A DNA stretch of 64,000 bases from Alphaproteobacteria bacterium (GTDB taxonomy: Bacteria > Pseudomonadota > Alphaproteobacteria > JAREAF01). The translations under genes were made by a program, and so were the position numbers. Under the pieces are notes generated by a model that saw nothing but the letters and a program-made list of their open reading frames with translations, was not told the DNA's origin and did not search any database. The stretch lies in assembly GCA_035620695.1 (NCBI GenBank), contig DASPGI010000066.1, positions 40,163-104,162 on the forward strand, in the 5' to 3' direction. Shown one piece after another: positions 10,773-20,847 of the stretch (positions are counted from its first letter, which is position 1; each line of letters begins with the position of its first letter).

Positions 10773-10856
10773 CGCCCATCGGAATCGCTCCGTTGGCGAA
10801 CAATCTTCGGCCCTGCCAGGGCATACCCCGCATCGCCGCCGGCCGGGCGCGGATGC

Positions 10857-11648
10857 CTACAAGCGATAATTCACCGTGAATCCCAAGAACAGTTGATTCT
10901 CATCGCCCCGATTATCGACGACCGGGCTATCGGCCGCGTCGTCGATCAACCGGGTGAAGCCGCCGAGGAGCGTGGCCGACCAATGTTCGGCGAACCGATA
11001 GTTGACATTGGCGCTGACGCCGACATCCTTGAAACCGGCATCCGCATCGAAGGTGTTGAGCCCGCTTCGGGCGGCATCGCTGGCGTTCACGCCGAAATAC
11101 TCCGACATATAGTCTTCACTCGCCCAGTTGCTGAACAGCTCGGCGCCAATGGAGAAAGGGCTGTCGGGCATTCTATTGAAGTAGGACAGGCGCGGCGTGA
11201 CGAGATAGCCGTTGTCGCTGGCGACATCGTAGCGCAGATCGAGAAGCGCCGCGAAATCGGCGTTGGCCTGCGGGAAGAAGTCCCAACCAAAGATGCCGCC
11301 CAAGAAAAGTCCGGCATCGACACTCCTCATGCGGTCGACGGCGTCGTCTTCGACATTGTTGCGCTCGGGTATGTACAACCCCGATACACCAGCTCGCAGA
11401 TGCGGATCGGCGACGAAATTGGACCGCAACGCCGGTCCGGCCAGTGTTACATAGGTGTCGGGGTGGTAGAGATCCTTGGCGGAAAAGAGCCAAGTCGGCA
11501 CGCCCTGATAGTCGTCCGAACCCTCATAGTCCGGCGCGGCGCCGACACCCAGCCCCACGGTGAAGTCAGTCGCGTTCGCCGGAGCAATTGCCGCGGAAAT
11601 GACAAATGTTGCGACAGTGCAAAGGAATCCCAGGCTCAGTTTTTTCAT
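10857..11648 (-). CDS. MipA/OmpV-family outer-membrane protein
   Basis: 263 aa. Signal peptide MKKLSLGFLCTVATFVISAAIAPANA, beta-rich sequence ending FLGFTVNYRL, in keeping with an MltA-interacting-protein family beta-barrel. Confidence 0.75.
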   Translation of the reverse strand: MKKLSLGFLCTVATFVISAAIAPANATDFTVGLGVGAAPDYEGSDDYQGVPTWLFSAKDLYHPDTYVTLAGPALRSNFVADPHLRAGVSGLYIPERNNVEDDAVDRMRSVDAGLFLGGIFGWDFFPQANADFAALLDLRYDVASDNGYLVTPRLSYFNRMPDSPFSIGAELFSNWASEDYMSEYFGVNASDAARSGLNTFDADAGFKDVGVSANVNYRFAEHWSATLLGGFTRLIDDAADSPVVDNRGDENQLFLGFTVNYRL

Positions 11649-11899
11649 CTGTTTGGATCTCCATTCGCTTGTCCTAATACAACGTGGGTTCGATTCTGGC
11701 CGTGGCGAAATTCATTGAGCTGCCACCGGTGCGCATTGATGTAAATCAAGACCGCATTCGCCGCCACCTTATCTTTGTGCCGAAGTGGCCTGCTCACGCC
11801 GCTCCCAACAAATATGGCGTCGTCGCCGCGATTGGTAGCAGCGCCATCGGCGGTGCGACTCGAAGGTCATGCGCGGCCGACAATCCGCGGATTTCTCCG

Positions 11900-12970
11900 T
11901 CACCGCAGGGGATCCGGAAGATTTTCGCGGATAAGTATGGAAAACAGCGGGCTCTTGCCAGCCCGATCGGCGGCCTCGTTGATCTGCGCGCGGTTTTGCA
12001 ACTCCTCGAACGGCAGGCGCGTGTCGGGCGAGCCGCGCGCATAGAGATATTCGGGTGTATGCCCGGTCAGCAGCAGCCTCCAGTCCCAGGGCAGGACGGC
12101 GCCCGCCGCAAGACCCGCAACGCGGATCTGGCTGGTGCAATTGGTCCAGAGGGTGTTGTAGAAGCGCGGCCTCTGCGCAAGCGCGTTGATCGTTCGCAAA
12201 TATTCGAGAAAGAGGCGGCGTGCATTTTCAGGGGGGGTGCGCAGCCGGAAAAGATGGACGCGCTCCTTGCGGAAGGTCGTTCGCAGCCGCAAGAGATCGC
12301 GCTCGTCACCGAGAATATAGATCAGCTCGTAGTTCCGGAAGGCGCCTTGAAGGGTCGAATATTCCTGGTCCCGGCGTCGCCGGATTTCGATCGACGCGAT
12401 GATTTGCTCGCCCGTATCGAAACCGAAGCTGACCATCAGATGCGCGATATGCGGACCGCCCCAATAGGAGGCGATCAGGTCCAGGCGGCTCAGCGCGGAG
12501 AGGGAATAGCTGCGCTCCTCCCAGCGTTCGAGGAACCGATCCGTTCCATTCCAGTCGAAATTGCGGATGTTGCGGATGGTGACGCGATCGCCCTCGATCG
12601 AGGCTTCGGCCATTCTCGCGACCTCCGGCGGCCAGTTGCCGGCATGGGAAGGCTCGATCAGCGCCCAGGCCACAGTGGCCAGCGCGGCGGCGACCCCTAG
12701 AGCGAGGATCGCCGGCCGCAACCGTCGAAGGAAGACGCCGGCAAGCGCCAGCAGCGCCAACATGGCTACTGCCAGGGCGGCGGGAAGCCGCGCCTGACCG
12801 GACAGCACCGGTGCATAGAGAAGCACAAGCTCTGTCCAACCGCCGACGGCAAGAATGGCCAGGACAAAGAGGCTCTTGGATAGGATGTGCACGGCCAGTC
12901 CGCCGGCTCTCTTGGGCTGCAAGGGAACGCTACCGGCGCGTGCCATGCGATTACCCAGGGTCCCTTTCAA
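11900..12970 (-). CDS. DUF4105-domain (Lnb-like) membrane/periplasmic protein
   Basis: 356 aa. N-terminal TM helices then a soluble domain (YWGGPHIAHLMVSFGF...). An internal start at 12946 is possible. It begins 8 bp after the upstream SYLF gene. Confidence 0.6.
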   Translation of the reverse strand: MKGTLGNRMARAGSVPLQPKRAGGLAVHILSKSLFVLAILAVGGWTELVLLYAPVLSGQARLPAALAVAMLALLALAGVFLRRLRPAILALGVAAALATVAWALIEPSHAGNWPPEVARMAEASIEGDRVTIRNIRNFDWNGTDRFLERWEERSYSLSALSRLDLIASYWGGPHIAHLMVSFGFDTGEQIIASIEIRRRRDQEYSTLQGAFRNYELIYILGDERDLLRLRTTFRKERVHLFRLRTPPENARRLFLEYLRTINALAQRPRFYNTLWTNCTSQIRVAGLAAGAVLPWDWRLLLTGHTPEYLYARGSPDTRLPFEELQNRAQINEAADRAGKSPLFSILIRENLPDPLR

Positions 12971-12978
12971 GGATCCGC

Positions 12979-13551
12979 CTAACGTTCGATGCGCGTGATC
13001 TTCGATCCCTCGATGCCGAGGCCCGCCATCAGTCCTTCCTGTCCAAAAATGAACGCGTAGATATCGCTTTGAAGGGTGGTGGTGGAGGCCTTTTTGCCGA
13101 AGCCCTCATCGGCGACGACGATCGAAGGCCCGACGCCCAGCTCCCAGCCGTCGGATTTCTGGACATGCGCCAGCGCCTCGTCCGTCATCAGAAGCAGAGT
13201 GTAACTAAAGCTCTGGACGCCGATCTGGAGTCCGTAGGATGCGGCCACCGAATTATAGTAGCCGACGGTCTTGCCGCCGACCCGCAAGGCCCCCTGGCCA
13301 TAGGCGCCGCCAAGGACGAAGCCGCCTTTGATGATCGAGGGAAAAATGAGGACGCCCTTGGCCTTGTCGGCCAAGGCGCGCGCCCCCTCGTTCGTCCGAT
13401 AGAGGCTGTCCAGCGCGTTGTCGGCCTTGGCGTCGATCTCCGAAGCTGTTGCGGCCAGCGCCCCGCCTGGCAGGCTGAGTGTCAACATCACAATGGGCGC
13501 CGCCCGGCACAGGTCACGGCGCGAAAGACCAGACGGATGTCTTTTGAACAT
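12979..13551 (-). CDS. SYLF/Ysc84-like (DUF500) lipid-binding domain protein with Tat-type signal
   Basis: 190 aa. The SRRDLCRAAP twin-arginine-like leader is followed by the SYLF core (GGAYGQGAL..., LGVGPSIVVADEGFG). Confidence 0.7.
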   Translation of the reverse strand: MFKRHPSGLSRRDLCRAAPIVMLTLSLPGGALAATASEIDAKADNALDSLYRTNEGARALADKAKGVLIFPSIIKGGFVLGGAYGQGALRVGGKTVGYYNSVAASYGLQIGVQSFSYTLLLMTDEALAHVQKSDGWELGVGPSIVVADEGFGKKASTTTLQSDIYAFIFGQEGLMAGLGIEGSKITRIER

Positions 13552-13572
13552 GGCTCTGCTCTCCCTCCGCTC

Positions 13573-14415
13573 CTACTCCTCAAGGGCGCCCTGGAGGTAG
13601 ATTGCCTCCAGCAGGGCGCCCGGTGGCCGGTTCCCGAACGTCCCACGGTAGATTTTGGTGAGCTCGGTGGATTTGAAGATCCGCGCCAGCGCCCGGTCGA
13701 CCTCGAGCCTGAAATCCTCGTCGCCGCGCCGCAAGGCAAGGCCGTAAGGTTCGACGCTCAGAACCGACTCGGACAGCTTGATGCCCTCGGAGGGAGAGGA
13801 TTTGAGCAGCTCGGCCAGAATCGCGCGATCGGCGAAATAGGCGGAGATGTTCTTTGCGGCCAGCGCCTCCACCGCCAACTGATGATCGGCGAACCGCATG
13901 ATCTCGGTCTTGATGCCGAAGCGATCGATGGTCTCGATCAGCGACTGCTCGGTCGTGGTTCCCGACCGCACGCCGATCTTATGCCCCTCCAGTTCGGCGA
14001 AGGATTGCGGGCCGTCGGCCCGGAACAGGATCGCCGCGCCGGTCACATAGATGGGGGAGGAGAAGCTTACCTGCTCGCGGCGCGACAGAGTGATGGTCGT
14101 CGCCCCGCAGAGAAGATCTATCCGGCCCTCCTTCACCGCATCGAAGCGGTCTTCGGCCGTGACTTTGACATACTCGATCTTGAGCTCCGGCAGCTCTGCC
14201 GCCGCCTTGAGGTGCACCGAGACTGCGCGGCAAAGCTCGACGGTGTAACCGGAGGGCTCTCCAAGCTCGTTATAAAAGGAGAAAGGACGAGCATCTTGTC
14301 GCACTCCAATCCGGATCGTGCCGCGCTCGCGAATATCGTCGAGCGTTCCGGCGACCGCGGTCTGTGAAAGCATCATCAAGGCGATCAGGCTGAGCGTTAA
14401 TCTTGATCTGCTCAT
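13573..14415 (-). CDS. ABC-transporter substrate-binding protein, family 3 (polar amino-acid type)
   Basis: Start taken at MSRSRLTLSLIALMMLSQTAVA (signal peptide, ATG at 14415) rather than the listed 14526. The mature domain is PBP family 3-like (GTIRIGVRQDARPFSFYNELGEPSGYTVEL). Confidence 0.8.
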   Translation of the reverse strand: MSRSRLTLSLIALMMLSQTAVAGTLDDIRERGTIRIGVRQDARPFSFYNELGEPSGYTVELCRAVSVHLKAAAELPELKIEYVKVTAEDRFDAVKEGRIDLLCGATTITLSRREQVSFSSPIYVTGAAILFRADGPQSFAELEGHKIGVRSGTTTEQSLIETIDRFGIKTEIMRFADHQLAVEALAAKNISAYFADRAILAELLKSSPSEGIKLSESVLSVEPYGLALRRGDEDFRLEVDRALARIFKSTELTKIYRGTFGNRPPGALLEAIYLQGALEE

Positions 14416-14541
14416 ACGGGCATCCCCTGTCTCTTTACGCTCTGCGGCATTTGGTTGCGTTGGCAATATGAGCCGGCCGAAATGGCCGGCTAGAAAAGCA
14501 CGGCGGAGAGTGAAGTTCCGCCGCACGGATCCATGAGGCGT

Positions 14542-14913
14542 TTATCGCTGCAGCATCTGATCGATGCGATTTGTTTCCCGATTGAGATCTCCTTGGCTGC
14601 GAAGCTGCGCGGCGGTTCCCGCCTGCGGCGTGCTGTCCAACTGCTGAAGGCGCCGTTGGGCGGCAAGCTCGTTGCGATAAGATAAGGCCTTCTGCTGCTC
14701 CAGGGAATCAAGCGCTCCGGTTGGAGGGGAGGTGTAGCGATATGGCGCTATCGGGCTGGGCCGTTCCTCGGCCAGCGACGCGGACAGACTCAGGACGAGC
14801 AACACCGCGGAGCCGATGAGCCGTAACGGGGAGATCAGCCAACGGCTTCGGCATGTCTCGGCCCTAGTCATGGCACAGCCGCTCCTCCCGCGCTGATATG
14901 GTTCGCTCGCCAA
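14542..14913 (-). CDS. Hypothetical small secreted protein
   Basis: 123 aa with a hydrophobic leader (LISPLRLIGSAVLLVLSLSASLA). No recognisable domain. Start uncertain; an alternative is 14871. Confidence 0.4.
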   Translation of the reverse strand: MASEPYQRGRSGCAMTRAETCRSRWLISPLRLIGSAVLLVLSLSASLAEERPSPIAPYRYTSPPTGALDSLEQQKALSYRNELAAQRRLQQLDSTPQAGTAAQLRSQGDLNRETNRIDQMLQR

Positions 14914-15062
14914 TGAATGGAATACCCCTCGATCGCGCTTTTACTCAAATCAACCCGCACCGGTCCTACGCGAACGACTGCATCACCTCACCGAGCAAGG
15001 TCACTATGCAGATCATCTTAAGTAACCGGCGAAGCCTCTGTCGGCCACCCGCGAACTTGGCT

Positions 15063-15956
15063 TCAGTCCGCCTCGACAAAAAAGGGCTCGGGGTGTCGAT
15101 GCAGATCCTCGTAATGGATCAGGACCGGCTCACCCAGCGCGCAAGGCTCGCCCTCGCGGAAGGCCCAAACGCCGCGATCGGAATTCGCCCCCACGACATA
15201 TCCGTTGATGTAGAAACGGCGGTCCATCTCGGAGCGATTTGGGCCCGAGCCGTGGACGGTCAATAGATGCCAAAGGGCGACATCGCCCGGCTCCAACTCA
15301 ATATCGAGTAGATCCGCCGGATCGAGGCCGACACGACGCAGCTCCTCATCGCTCGCGCTGCGCGTCAGCACCGGACCAGCTTGATCGAGCGGCAGCTCGC
15401 CCAGCAGGTGGCTGCCGGGAAGCATGCGCATGCATCCGTTGAGGGAGCGATGCGGATCGACGGCGATGCCGGTCTGGACATAGGAGGTGGGCAGGTCGCG
15501 GAAGGCGCTGCGAGGTCGGCGGAAGCGAATATCCTGGTGGTAGGCGAATTCCGCCGCAGCCGCGCCGGGAGGCTTCCAATGCAGCTGATTGATGATCTGC
15601 TTGAGGTTCGCACCTATGAGAGGAGCCAGGATCGTCAGCATCCGCCGATCGAGTCGCACCGCGTCCAGCGTGGCGTCGAAATAGGAGGGCCATTGAACCA
15701 GGCGCAGCACGCGCCCGAGCTTCGCATCCTTGCTCTGCCGGAAGAATACATTCTGATGGCGATAGCTGGCGGGGTAGGTTAAGCCCTGCGCGCGGATACG
15801 GTCAAAGGCGGCAGCCATCCCCACCACCTCCTCGGCGCCGAACACGCCGCGCACCACCGTAAAGCCCCGCTCGCGGAAATCGTCAACCTGCTCTCGACTG
15901 AGGCAAACCTGTGCCGCCGACCCGCCCATTGCGGCAGAATGCCTGCACCCCATCAA
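15063..15956 (-). CDS. Phytanoyl-CoA dioxygenase (PhyH)-family Fe(II)/2-oxoglutarate oxygenase
   Basis: 297 aa with an HxD...H facial triad (YHQDIRF ... LTVHGSGPN). Start may be at 15929 (MGGSAAQ). Confidence 0.75.
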   Translation of the reverse strand: MMGCRHSAAMGGSAAQVCLSREQVDDFRERGFTVVRGVFGAEEVVGMAAAFDRIRAQGLTYPASYRHQNVFFRQSKDAKLGRVLRLVQWPSYFDATLDAVRLDRRMLTILAPLIGANLKQIINQLHWKPPGAAAAEFAYHQDIRFRRPRSAFRDLPTSYVQTGIAVDPHRSLNGCMRMLPGSHLLGELPLDQAGPVLTRSASDEELRRVGLDPADLLDIELEPGDVALWHLLTVHGSGPNRSEMDRRFYINGYVVGANSDRGVWAFREGEPCALGEPVLIHYEDLHRHPEPFFVEAD

Positions 15957-16019
15957 GTCCGGGAGAACTTATCCGGGGCTGCCCGATCGGAGAGCGGGCC
16001 TCACGGCGGAGATGCCTCT

Positions 16020-17144
16020 TCAGAAGGACAGCGCCAACGCCACGGAGACGCGTTTTTCCAAGGCGTCCTCCTCCAAATCAGCGGCGGGCGTGGCGAGCCC
16101 GCCGCCCATGCGCAAGGAAACGCCCGGACGAGGGGATTCTTCCGCCTGAACCACGAATTCGTGCGCTGATCCAATCGAGGAACGACTGGCGTAGAGGAGA
16201 TCGAGCCGCAAAGGCGCTCGCGGGCGAAGCGTCAGTCGCAGATCGGCCGACGCCCCCTCCTCCGCGAGGGCCAGAGGCTCGCCGGCACCGAGGTTGAGGG
16301 CCAAGGGCAGCGCGTCGCCGGCAACCTGGCCACGGGCTACCCGGTAGCGGACCGTCACAATGGGTGACCAGGGGGCCAAGTGGGCAAGGTCGTAACCCAG
16401 TTCGCCCTGGCCCCAATCGGCGGCCAGATCGGCCCCTTCGGTCGCCCGGTCGATCGGCCGGAAATAGCTCGCGCCGACAATCAGCGGGCCCGGCATCAGC
16501 CTGGCATCCAACCCGCCGAGTCTCAGATTGTCCTTGTCCTTGCCTTGGAGATGAAACAGCCGGAGCCGGCCCGGCCCGTGCTTCACCGTCATGGTCGCAC
16601 TGTCGAATTGAGCGGGCTGGCGCCGCATCCAGCAGTCGGCAGCGCAACGATCGGGGTCGGCGTCCCATTCGAGAAGGCCCGTCCCGTCATCGGCCATTTC
16701 GCGCCCGAAGGAGAGGCTTACCGCATCCTCTCCCAGCGCGCCGAGAAGCGCGCCGGAGGACCAGCCCGCATAGACCTGCTTCAGCCAGGCCATGCCGCGG
16801 CCATCGAACCGGATGTCCGAGGACTCTCCCTCCGCACCGGTCATCACCGCGCTCGCGGTCGACGCGGCCGCGAAGATGCCGCCGTAATATGGCGAGCGCG
16901 TTTCAAGGCGCGGCTGGAACAGACTGCCTGCACCCTCCTCAGCGGCGCTCAACGCCGCGCGCAGTTGGAGCCTGGCATCGCCGACCGCCTGAAGGTCCGG
17001 CACCGTCAGGTCGACACGCTTTTCGGTCACCTGTTCCGCACGTGCGGCAGGCCCGGCCAGGCAAAGCGGCGCCAAAAGTAAAGCGATCGAGGCAAGCTTT
17101 ATGCAAAGCTCGCGAAAATCCCTCCGAAGCGCCCCCATGGACAA
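16020..17144 (-). CDS. Hypothetical secreted protein, probably an outer-membrane beta-barrel
   Basis: 374 aa. Signal peptide (IALLLAPLCLAGPAARA), alternating amphipathic pattern, C-terminal ...VSVALALSF ending in an aromatic residue as in OMP beta-barrels. Confidence 0.55.
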   Translation of the reverse strand: MSMGALRRDFRELCIKLASIALLLAPLCLAGPAARAEQVTEKRVDLTVPDLQAVGDARLQLRAALSAAEEGAGSLFQPRLETRSPYYGGIFAAASTASAVMTGAEGESSDIRFDGRGMAWLKQVYAGWSSGALLGALGEDAVSLSFGREMADDGTGLLEWDADPDRCAADCWMRRQPAQFDSATMTVKHGPGRLRLFHLQGKDKDNLRLGGLDARLMPGPLIVGASYFRPIDRATEGADLAADWGQGELGYDLAHLAPWSPIVTVRYRVARGQVAGDALPLALNLGAGEPLALAEEGASADLRLTLRPRAPLRLDLLYASRSSIGSAHEFVVQAEESPRPGVSLRMGGGLATPAADLEEDALEKRVSVALALSF

Positions 17145-17250
17145 CCTCGCCCCCCTGTCGGGCGCGAGTGTGCAGGAGCAGAGACTTAGAGAGGTTTAAC
17201 GGCCAACTGTGGCGGGAACCACGATTTGACGCGTTTTCCCGTACGCCAGA

Positions 17251-18840
17251 TCAAGGCTGTCCGGTCTTTGCTCCCAAGGGTGCCTCCATATTGGGAAGAG
17301 AGGTGCTTTCGGAATGCTTGTCTCCGGTTTGGTCGCCTGCTTCCGGGTTCACTCTCACGATCCCGATCCCAATGAGGCTGAACAGAAAGGAAATCAGCGG
17401 ATTCAAAAGGTTGAAGAAGCAGTAGATCAGATAGTTGGAAGCCGGGATACCCAGAGCCGCCGCCATATAGGCGCCGCAGCTGTTCCAGGGGATCAGCGGC
17501 GAGGTCACGGTGGCGGAATCGCCGACTACGCGCGACAGCAGGACCGGCGCCAAGCCCCGGCGCTTGAACTCCATCCGGAACATCCGTCCGGGCAGCATGA
17601 TGGCGATATACTGGTCGGAGGTCAGCAGGTTGGCGCCGATCGCGGTTCCAATCACCACGCCGACCAAGCCTGCGACCGATTTCGCCTTGTCGATGATCGG
17701 ATCGACCAGCCGATTCAACAGCCCCGCCTGCTCGACCACCGCTCCGAAGGCCAGGGCCGTCATGATCAGCCATACAGTCACCATCATGCTTGCCATGCCG
17801 CCGCGGCTCAACAACTGGTCCAAGGCCGGATCGCCCGTGCTTGATTGATAGCCGGTGGCCAGTGCGGACCAGGCGCCCTTCAAAAGCGCCAGTGACTGCG
17901 GAATGTCCGGAGCGTCGGCGAATTCAAGCACCTTGTCCGGTGATTGGACCACCGCCAAGACGCCGCCCAGCAGCGCGCCAGCGAAGATCGCCAGGAAGGG
18001 TGGCGTGCGCAGCATCGCCAGTACGAATACCGCCAGGAGCGGCAAAAAGGCCCAGAGCGTGATGTGGTGACGATCGCCGATCCGCGTCAGCTCGGCGGAG
18101 GCGTCGAAATCTCCCGGCGACCCGATCAGCGCAAAAAACACCAGCGCAAGCACCAGGGCCGGCACCGAGATGCGCAACGATTCCTTGATATGGCTGAAAA
18201 TCTCCGATCCCGCCGCGGCCACCGCAAGATTGGCGGTGTCTGATAGCGGCGAGGTCTTGTCGCCGAAATAGGCGCCCGAGATCACCGCCCCGGCGGTGAT
18301 CGCCAGCGAGAGCTCCATCGTCGCGGCGATGCCCATGAGGCCGATGCCGATCGTCCCCGCGACCGTCCAGGAACTGCCGATCGCGGTGGCGACCACGGCG
18401 CAGATCAGCGCGGCGCTGGCATAGAAATATTGCGGCGAAAGCAGCTGCAGCCCGTAATAGACCATGGCGAGGATGGTGCCGCTCATCGCCCAGGTTCCAA
18501 TCAGCGCACCGACGCCCAGAAGAATGAAGATGGCGGCCAAACCGCTCGACACGCCTTCAACCGCGCCGGCGCGAATGCTTGCCCAGGGCCTTCCATTCTT
18601 GAAAGAGATCAATGTTGCCAGCACGGCGGCAAACACGAGCGCGATCTGGTTGGGTCCTTGAGAGGCGTCCGCGCCGTAGAGATAAAAAGACAAGGCCAGA
18701 AGGACGATCAGTCCGCCGACCGGAATCAAGGCGTCGAGGAGAGATGGTCTGCGCGCGGGCTGAGCCGGTTCTTCCGTGGACCCGGGCAAGGTCGGATCAG
18801 TTGCCGCCATCACCGTCTCGGTCGCCCTTGCGGCATCCAA
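17251..18840 (-). CDS. NhaC-family Na+/H+ (or arginine/ornithine-type) antiporter
   Basis: 529 aa, about 12 TM, NhaC-family topology. It begins 30 bp after arcC on the same strand, so it is likely co-transcribed with the arc operon. Confidence 0.85.
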   Translation of the reverse strand: MDAARATETVMAATDPTLPGSTEEPAQPARRPSLLDALIPVGGLIVLLALSFYLYGADASQGPNQIALVFAAVLATLISFKNGRPWASIRAGAVEGVSSGLAAIFILLGVGALIGTWAMSGTILAMVYYGLQLLSPQYFYASAALICAVVATAIGSSWTVAGTIGIGLMGIAATMELSLAITAGAVISGAYFGDKTSPLSDTANLAVAAAGSEIFSHIKESLRISVPALVLALVFFALIGSPGDFDASAELTRIGDRHHITLWAFLPLLAVFVLAMLRTPPFLAIFAGALLGGVLAVVQSPDKVLEFADAPDIPQSLALLKGAWSALATGYQSSTGDPALDQLLSRGGMASMMVTVWLIMTALAFGAVVEQAGLLNRLVDPIIDKAKSVAGLVGVVIGTAIGANLLTSDQYIAIMLPGRMFRMEFKRRGLAPVLLSRVVGDSATVTSPLIPWNSCGAYMAAALGIPASNYLIYCFFNLLNPLISFLFSLIGIGIVRVNPEAGDQTGDKHSESTSLPNMEAPLGAKTGQP

Positions 18841-18870
18841 CCGGGTGTTCGCCCGATCCCGTCGGCTCGA

Positions 18871-19809
18871 TCAGCGGTGCCATGAAAGGCCCTTGCGGTC
18901 GGAGCTGACCAGCGTTCCTTTTTCGCCCGCCACTATGGCCGGAATGTCGGCCAGCGCACCAATCGCGGCGGTCTTGCCGGTGGCTTCTGCGAAGCGGCAG
19001 GCGGCGTCGACCTTGGGTCCCATCGAGCCGGCCGGGAACTGATAGTCCCGCATCGACGCCGGGCTCGCCCGATGAATGGCCTTGGCATCGGGCTTGCCCC
19101 AATTCACGAAGACGGCGGCGGCATCGGTCGCCATTATGAAAAGGTCGGCGGCCAGTTCGCGAGCGAGAAGCTCGCTCGCCAAGTCCTTGTCGATGACGGC
19201 CTCGACGCCGATCAACTTGCGGTTCGCGCTACGCTGATACATGGTCGGAATGCCGCCGCCGCCGGCCGCGATGACGATGGTGCCCCTCTCCAACAACCAC
19301 CGGATGGGCCGGATCTCGAAGATGCGCTTGGGCTCAGGAGAAGGCACGACCCGTCGCCACTTGTCACCGTCCGCCTTGAAGATCCAACCCTTTTCCTTGG
19401 CGATGCGGTCGGCGGTCGACTTATCGTAAACCGGGCCAACGAACTTGGTCGGATTGGCGAAGCCCGGATCGTCGGGATCGATCTCGATCATGGTCAGGAG
19501 CGTGGCGAAGGGCACCTCAAACGGCAGCAGGTTGCCGAGCTCCTGCTCGATCATGTAGCCGATCATCCCTTCGGTTTCCGCGCCCAGGACGTCGAGCGGG
19601 TAGGCCTCGTCCGGCTTGTAGGCCGCGCCCTGAAGGGCAAGGAGCCCGACCTGGGGGCCGTTGCCGTGACTGATGACGAGCTGATGGTCGCGCGCGACAG
19701 GCGCCAGCGCCTCGGCCGCGATCTTCACATTCCGGCGTTGAGCGTCGGCGGTCATCGGCTCGCCACGTTTCAGAAGCGCGTTGCCTCCCAGAGCGACGAC
19801 GATGCGCAT
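18871..19809 (-). CDS. arcC: Carbamate kinase
   Basis: 312 aa. [17 protein letters not shown]... amino-acid kinase fold. Last gene of the arcDABC set. Confidence 0.95.
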   Translation of the reverse strand: MRIVVALGGNALLKRGEPMTADAQRRNVKIAAEALAPVARDHQLVISHGNGPQVGLLALQGAAYKPDEAYPLDVLGAETEGMIGYMIEQELGNLLPFEVPFATLLTMIEIDPDDPGFANPTKFVGPVYDKSTADRIAKEKGWIFKADGDKWRRVVPSPEPKRIFEIRPIRWLLERGTIVIAAGGGGIPTMYQRSANRKLIGVEAVIDKDLASELLARELAADLFIMATDAAAVFVNWGKPDAKAIHRASPASMRDYQFPAGSMGPKVDAACRFAEATGKTAAIGALADIPAIVAGEKGTLVSSDRKGLSWHR

Positions 19810-19814
19810 GGCCC

Positions 19815-20819
19815 TTAATCTCCCAAGGTGGCGACCAGCAGCGCCTTGATCGTGTGCATCCGATTCTCGGCCTGCTCGAAGGCGATGTTCCGCTCTGACT
19901 CAAACACCTCGTTGGTGACCTCAAGCCCGTTCGTCATGCCGTAAGTTTCGGCGATCTGACGACCCACGACCGTCTCTGTATCGTGGAAAGCGGGCAAGCA
20001 GTGCATAAACCTCACTTGCGGGTTTCCGCTTGCCTCGATCAGGGCGTCATTCACCTGATAGGGCTTCAAGAGGTCGATGCGCTCCTTCCAAACCTCCTTC
20101 GGCTCGCCCATGGAAACCCAGACGTCCGTGTGAATGAAGTCCACCCCCTTCACCGCGGCCTTGGGGTCTTCGGTGATGGTGAGCTTGGCGCCGTGCTTAC
20201 GCTCCAAATCCTGGGCGATCTTCCTGTATTCCTGGGTTGGCCAGAGTTTCTTTGGGCCAGCGATGCGCACATCCATTCCCATCAGGCATCCGGCGATCAT
20301 CAGCGAATGGCCCATATTCGAGCGGGTATCGCCGACATAGGCGTATTTGATCTCGTGGATCGGCCGGTCGCTGTGCTCGCGCATGGTCATGATGTCCGCA
20401 AGCATCTGGGTCGGGTGATACTCGTCGGTTAGCCCGTTATAGACCGGCACGCCGGCATATTCCGCGAGCTGCTGCACGCCCTCCTGAGAAGCGCCGCGAT
20501 ACTCGATCGCGTCATACATGCGCCCCAGCACGCGCGCGGTGTCCTTGAAGGATTCTTTGTGTCCGATTTGCGAGCCCGCCGGATCGAGATAGGTGACATG
20601 CGCGCCCTGGTCATGACACGCGACCTCGAAGGCACAACGGGTGCGGGTCGAGGTCTTCTCGAAGATCAGGCAGATCTCCTTTCCTTCGAGATGCCGCTGC
20701 TCGGTCCTCGAGTACTTCGCCCGCTTGAGATCGCGCGCGAGATCCAGGAGGTAGCGGAACTCCCGTTGGGTGTAGTCCTGCACGGTCAAGAGCGAACGGT
20801 TGCGCAGATTGAAGCTCAC
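19815..20819 (-). CDS. arcB: Ornithine carbamoyltransferase, catabolic
   Basis: 334 aa. STRTR carbamoyl-phosphate motif and HCLP ornithine motif. Called arcB from operon context. Confidence 0.93.
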   Translation of the reverse strand: MSFNLRNRSLLTVQDYTQREFRYLLDLARDLKRAKYSRTEQRHLEGKEICLIFEKTSTRTRCAFEVACHDQGAHVTYLDPAGSQIGHKESFKDTARVLGRMYDAIEYRGASQEGVQQLAEYAGVPVYNGLTDEYHPTQMLADIMTMREHSDRPIHEIKYAYVGDTRSNMGHSLMIAGCLMGMDVRIAGPKKLWPTQEYRKIAQDLERKHGAKLTITEDPKAAVKGVDFIHTDVWVSMGEPKEVWKERIDLLKPYQVNDALIEASGNPQVRFMHCLPAFHDTETVVGRQIAETYGMTNGLEVTNEVFESERNIAFEQAENRMHTIKALLVATLGD

Positions 20820-20847
20820 GGGTTCCCTCCGTCGACATTGATGGCAT

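Noticed and set aside
12811-14367. Long antisense ORFs listed in the track, for example 12811..14367 (518 aa), 16364..17425 (353 aa), 10746..11744 (332 aa), 6179..7489 (436 aa) and 40112..41260 (382 aa)
   Set aside because: They are Arg/Pro/Gly/Ala-rich, have no domains, and lie exactly opposite well-supported genes (SBP/SYLF, OMP, MipA, SulP, FtsH). These are typical shadow ORFs in high-GC DNA.
19815-20819. A local GC dip (~55-60%) in arcB, hinting at horizontal acquisition of the arc cluster
   Set aside because: The estimate comes from eyeballing a few 60-bp lines only, and the other arc genes look near the window average. A proper GC/codon-usage calculation is needed before making the claim.
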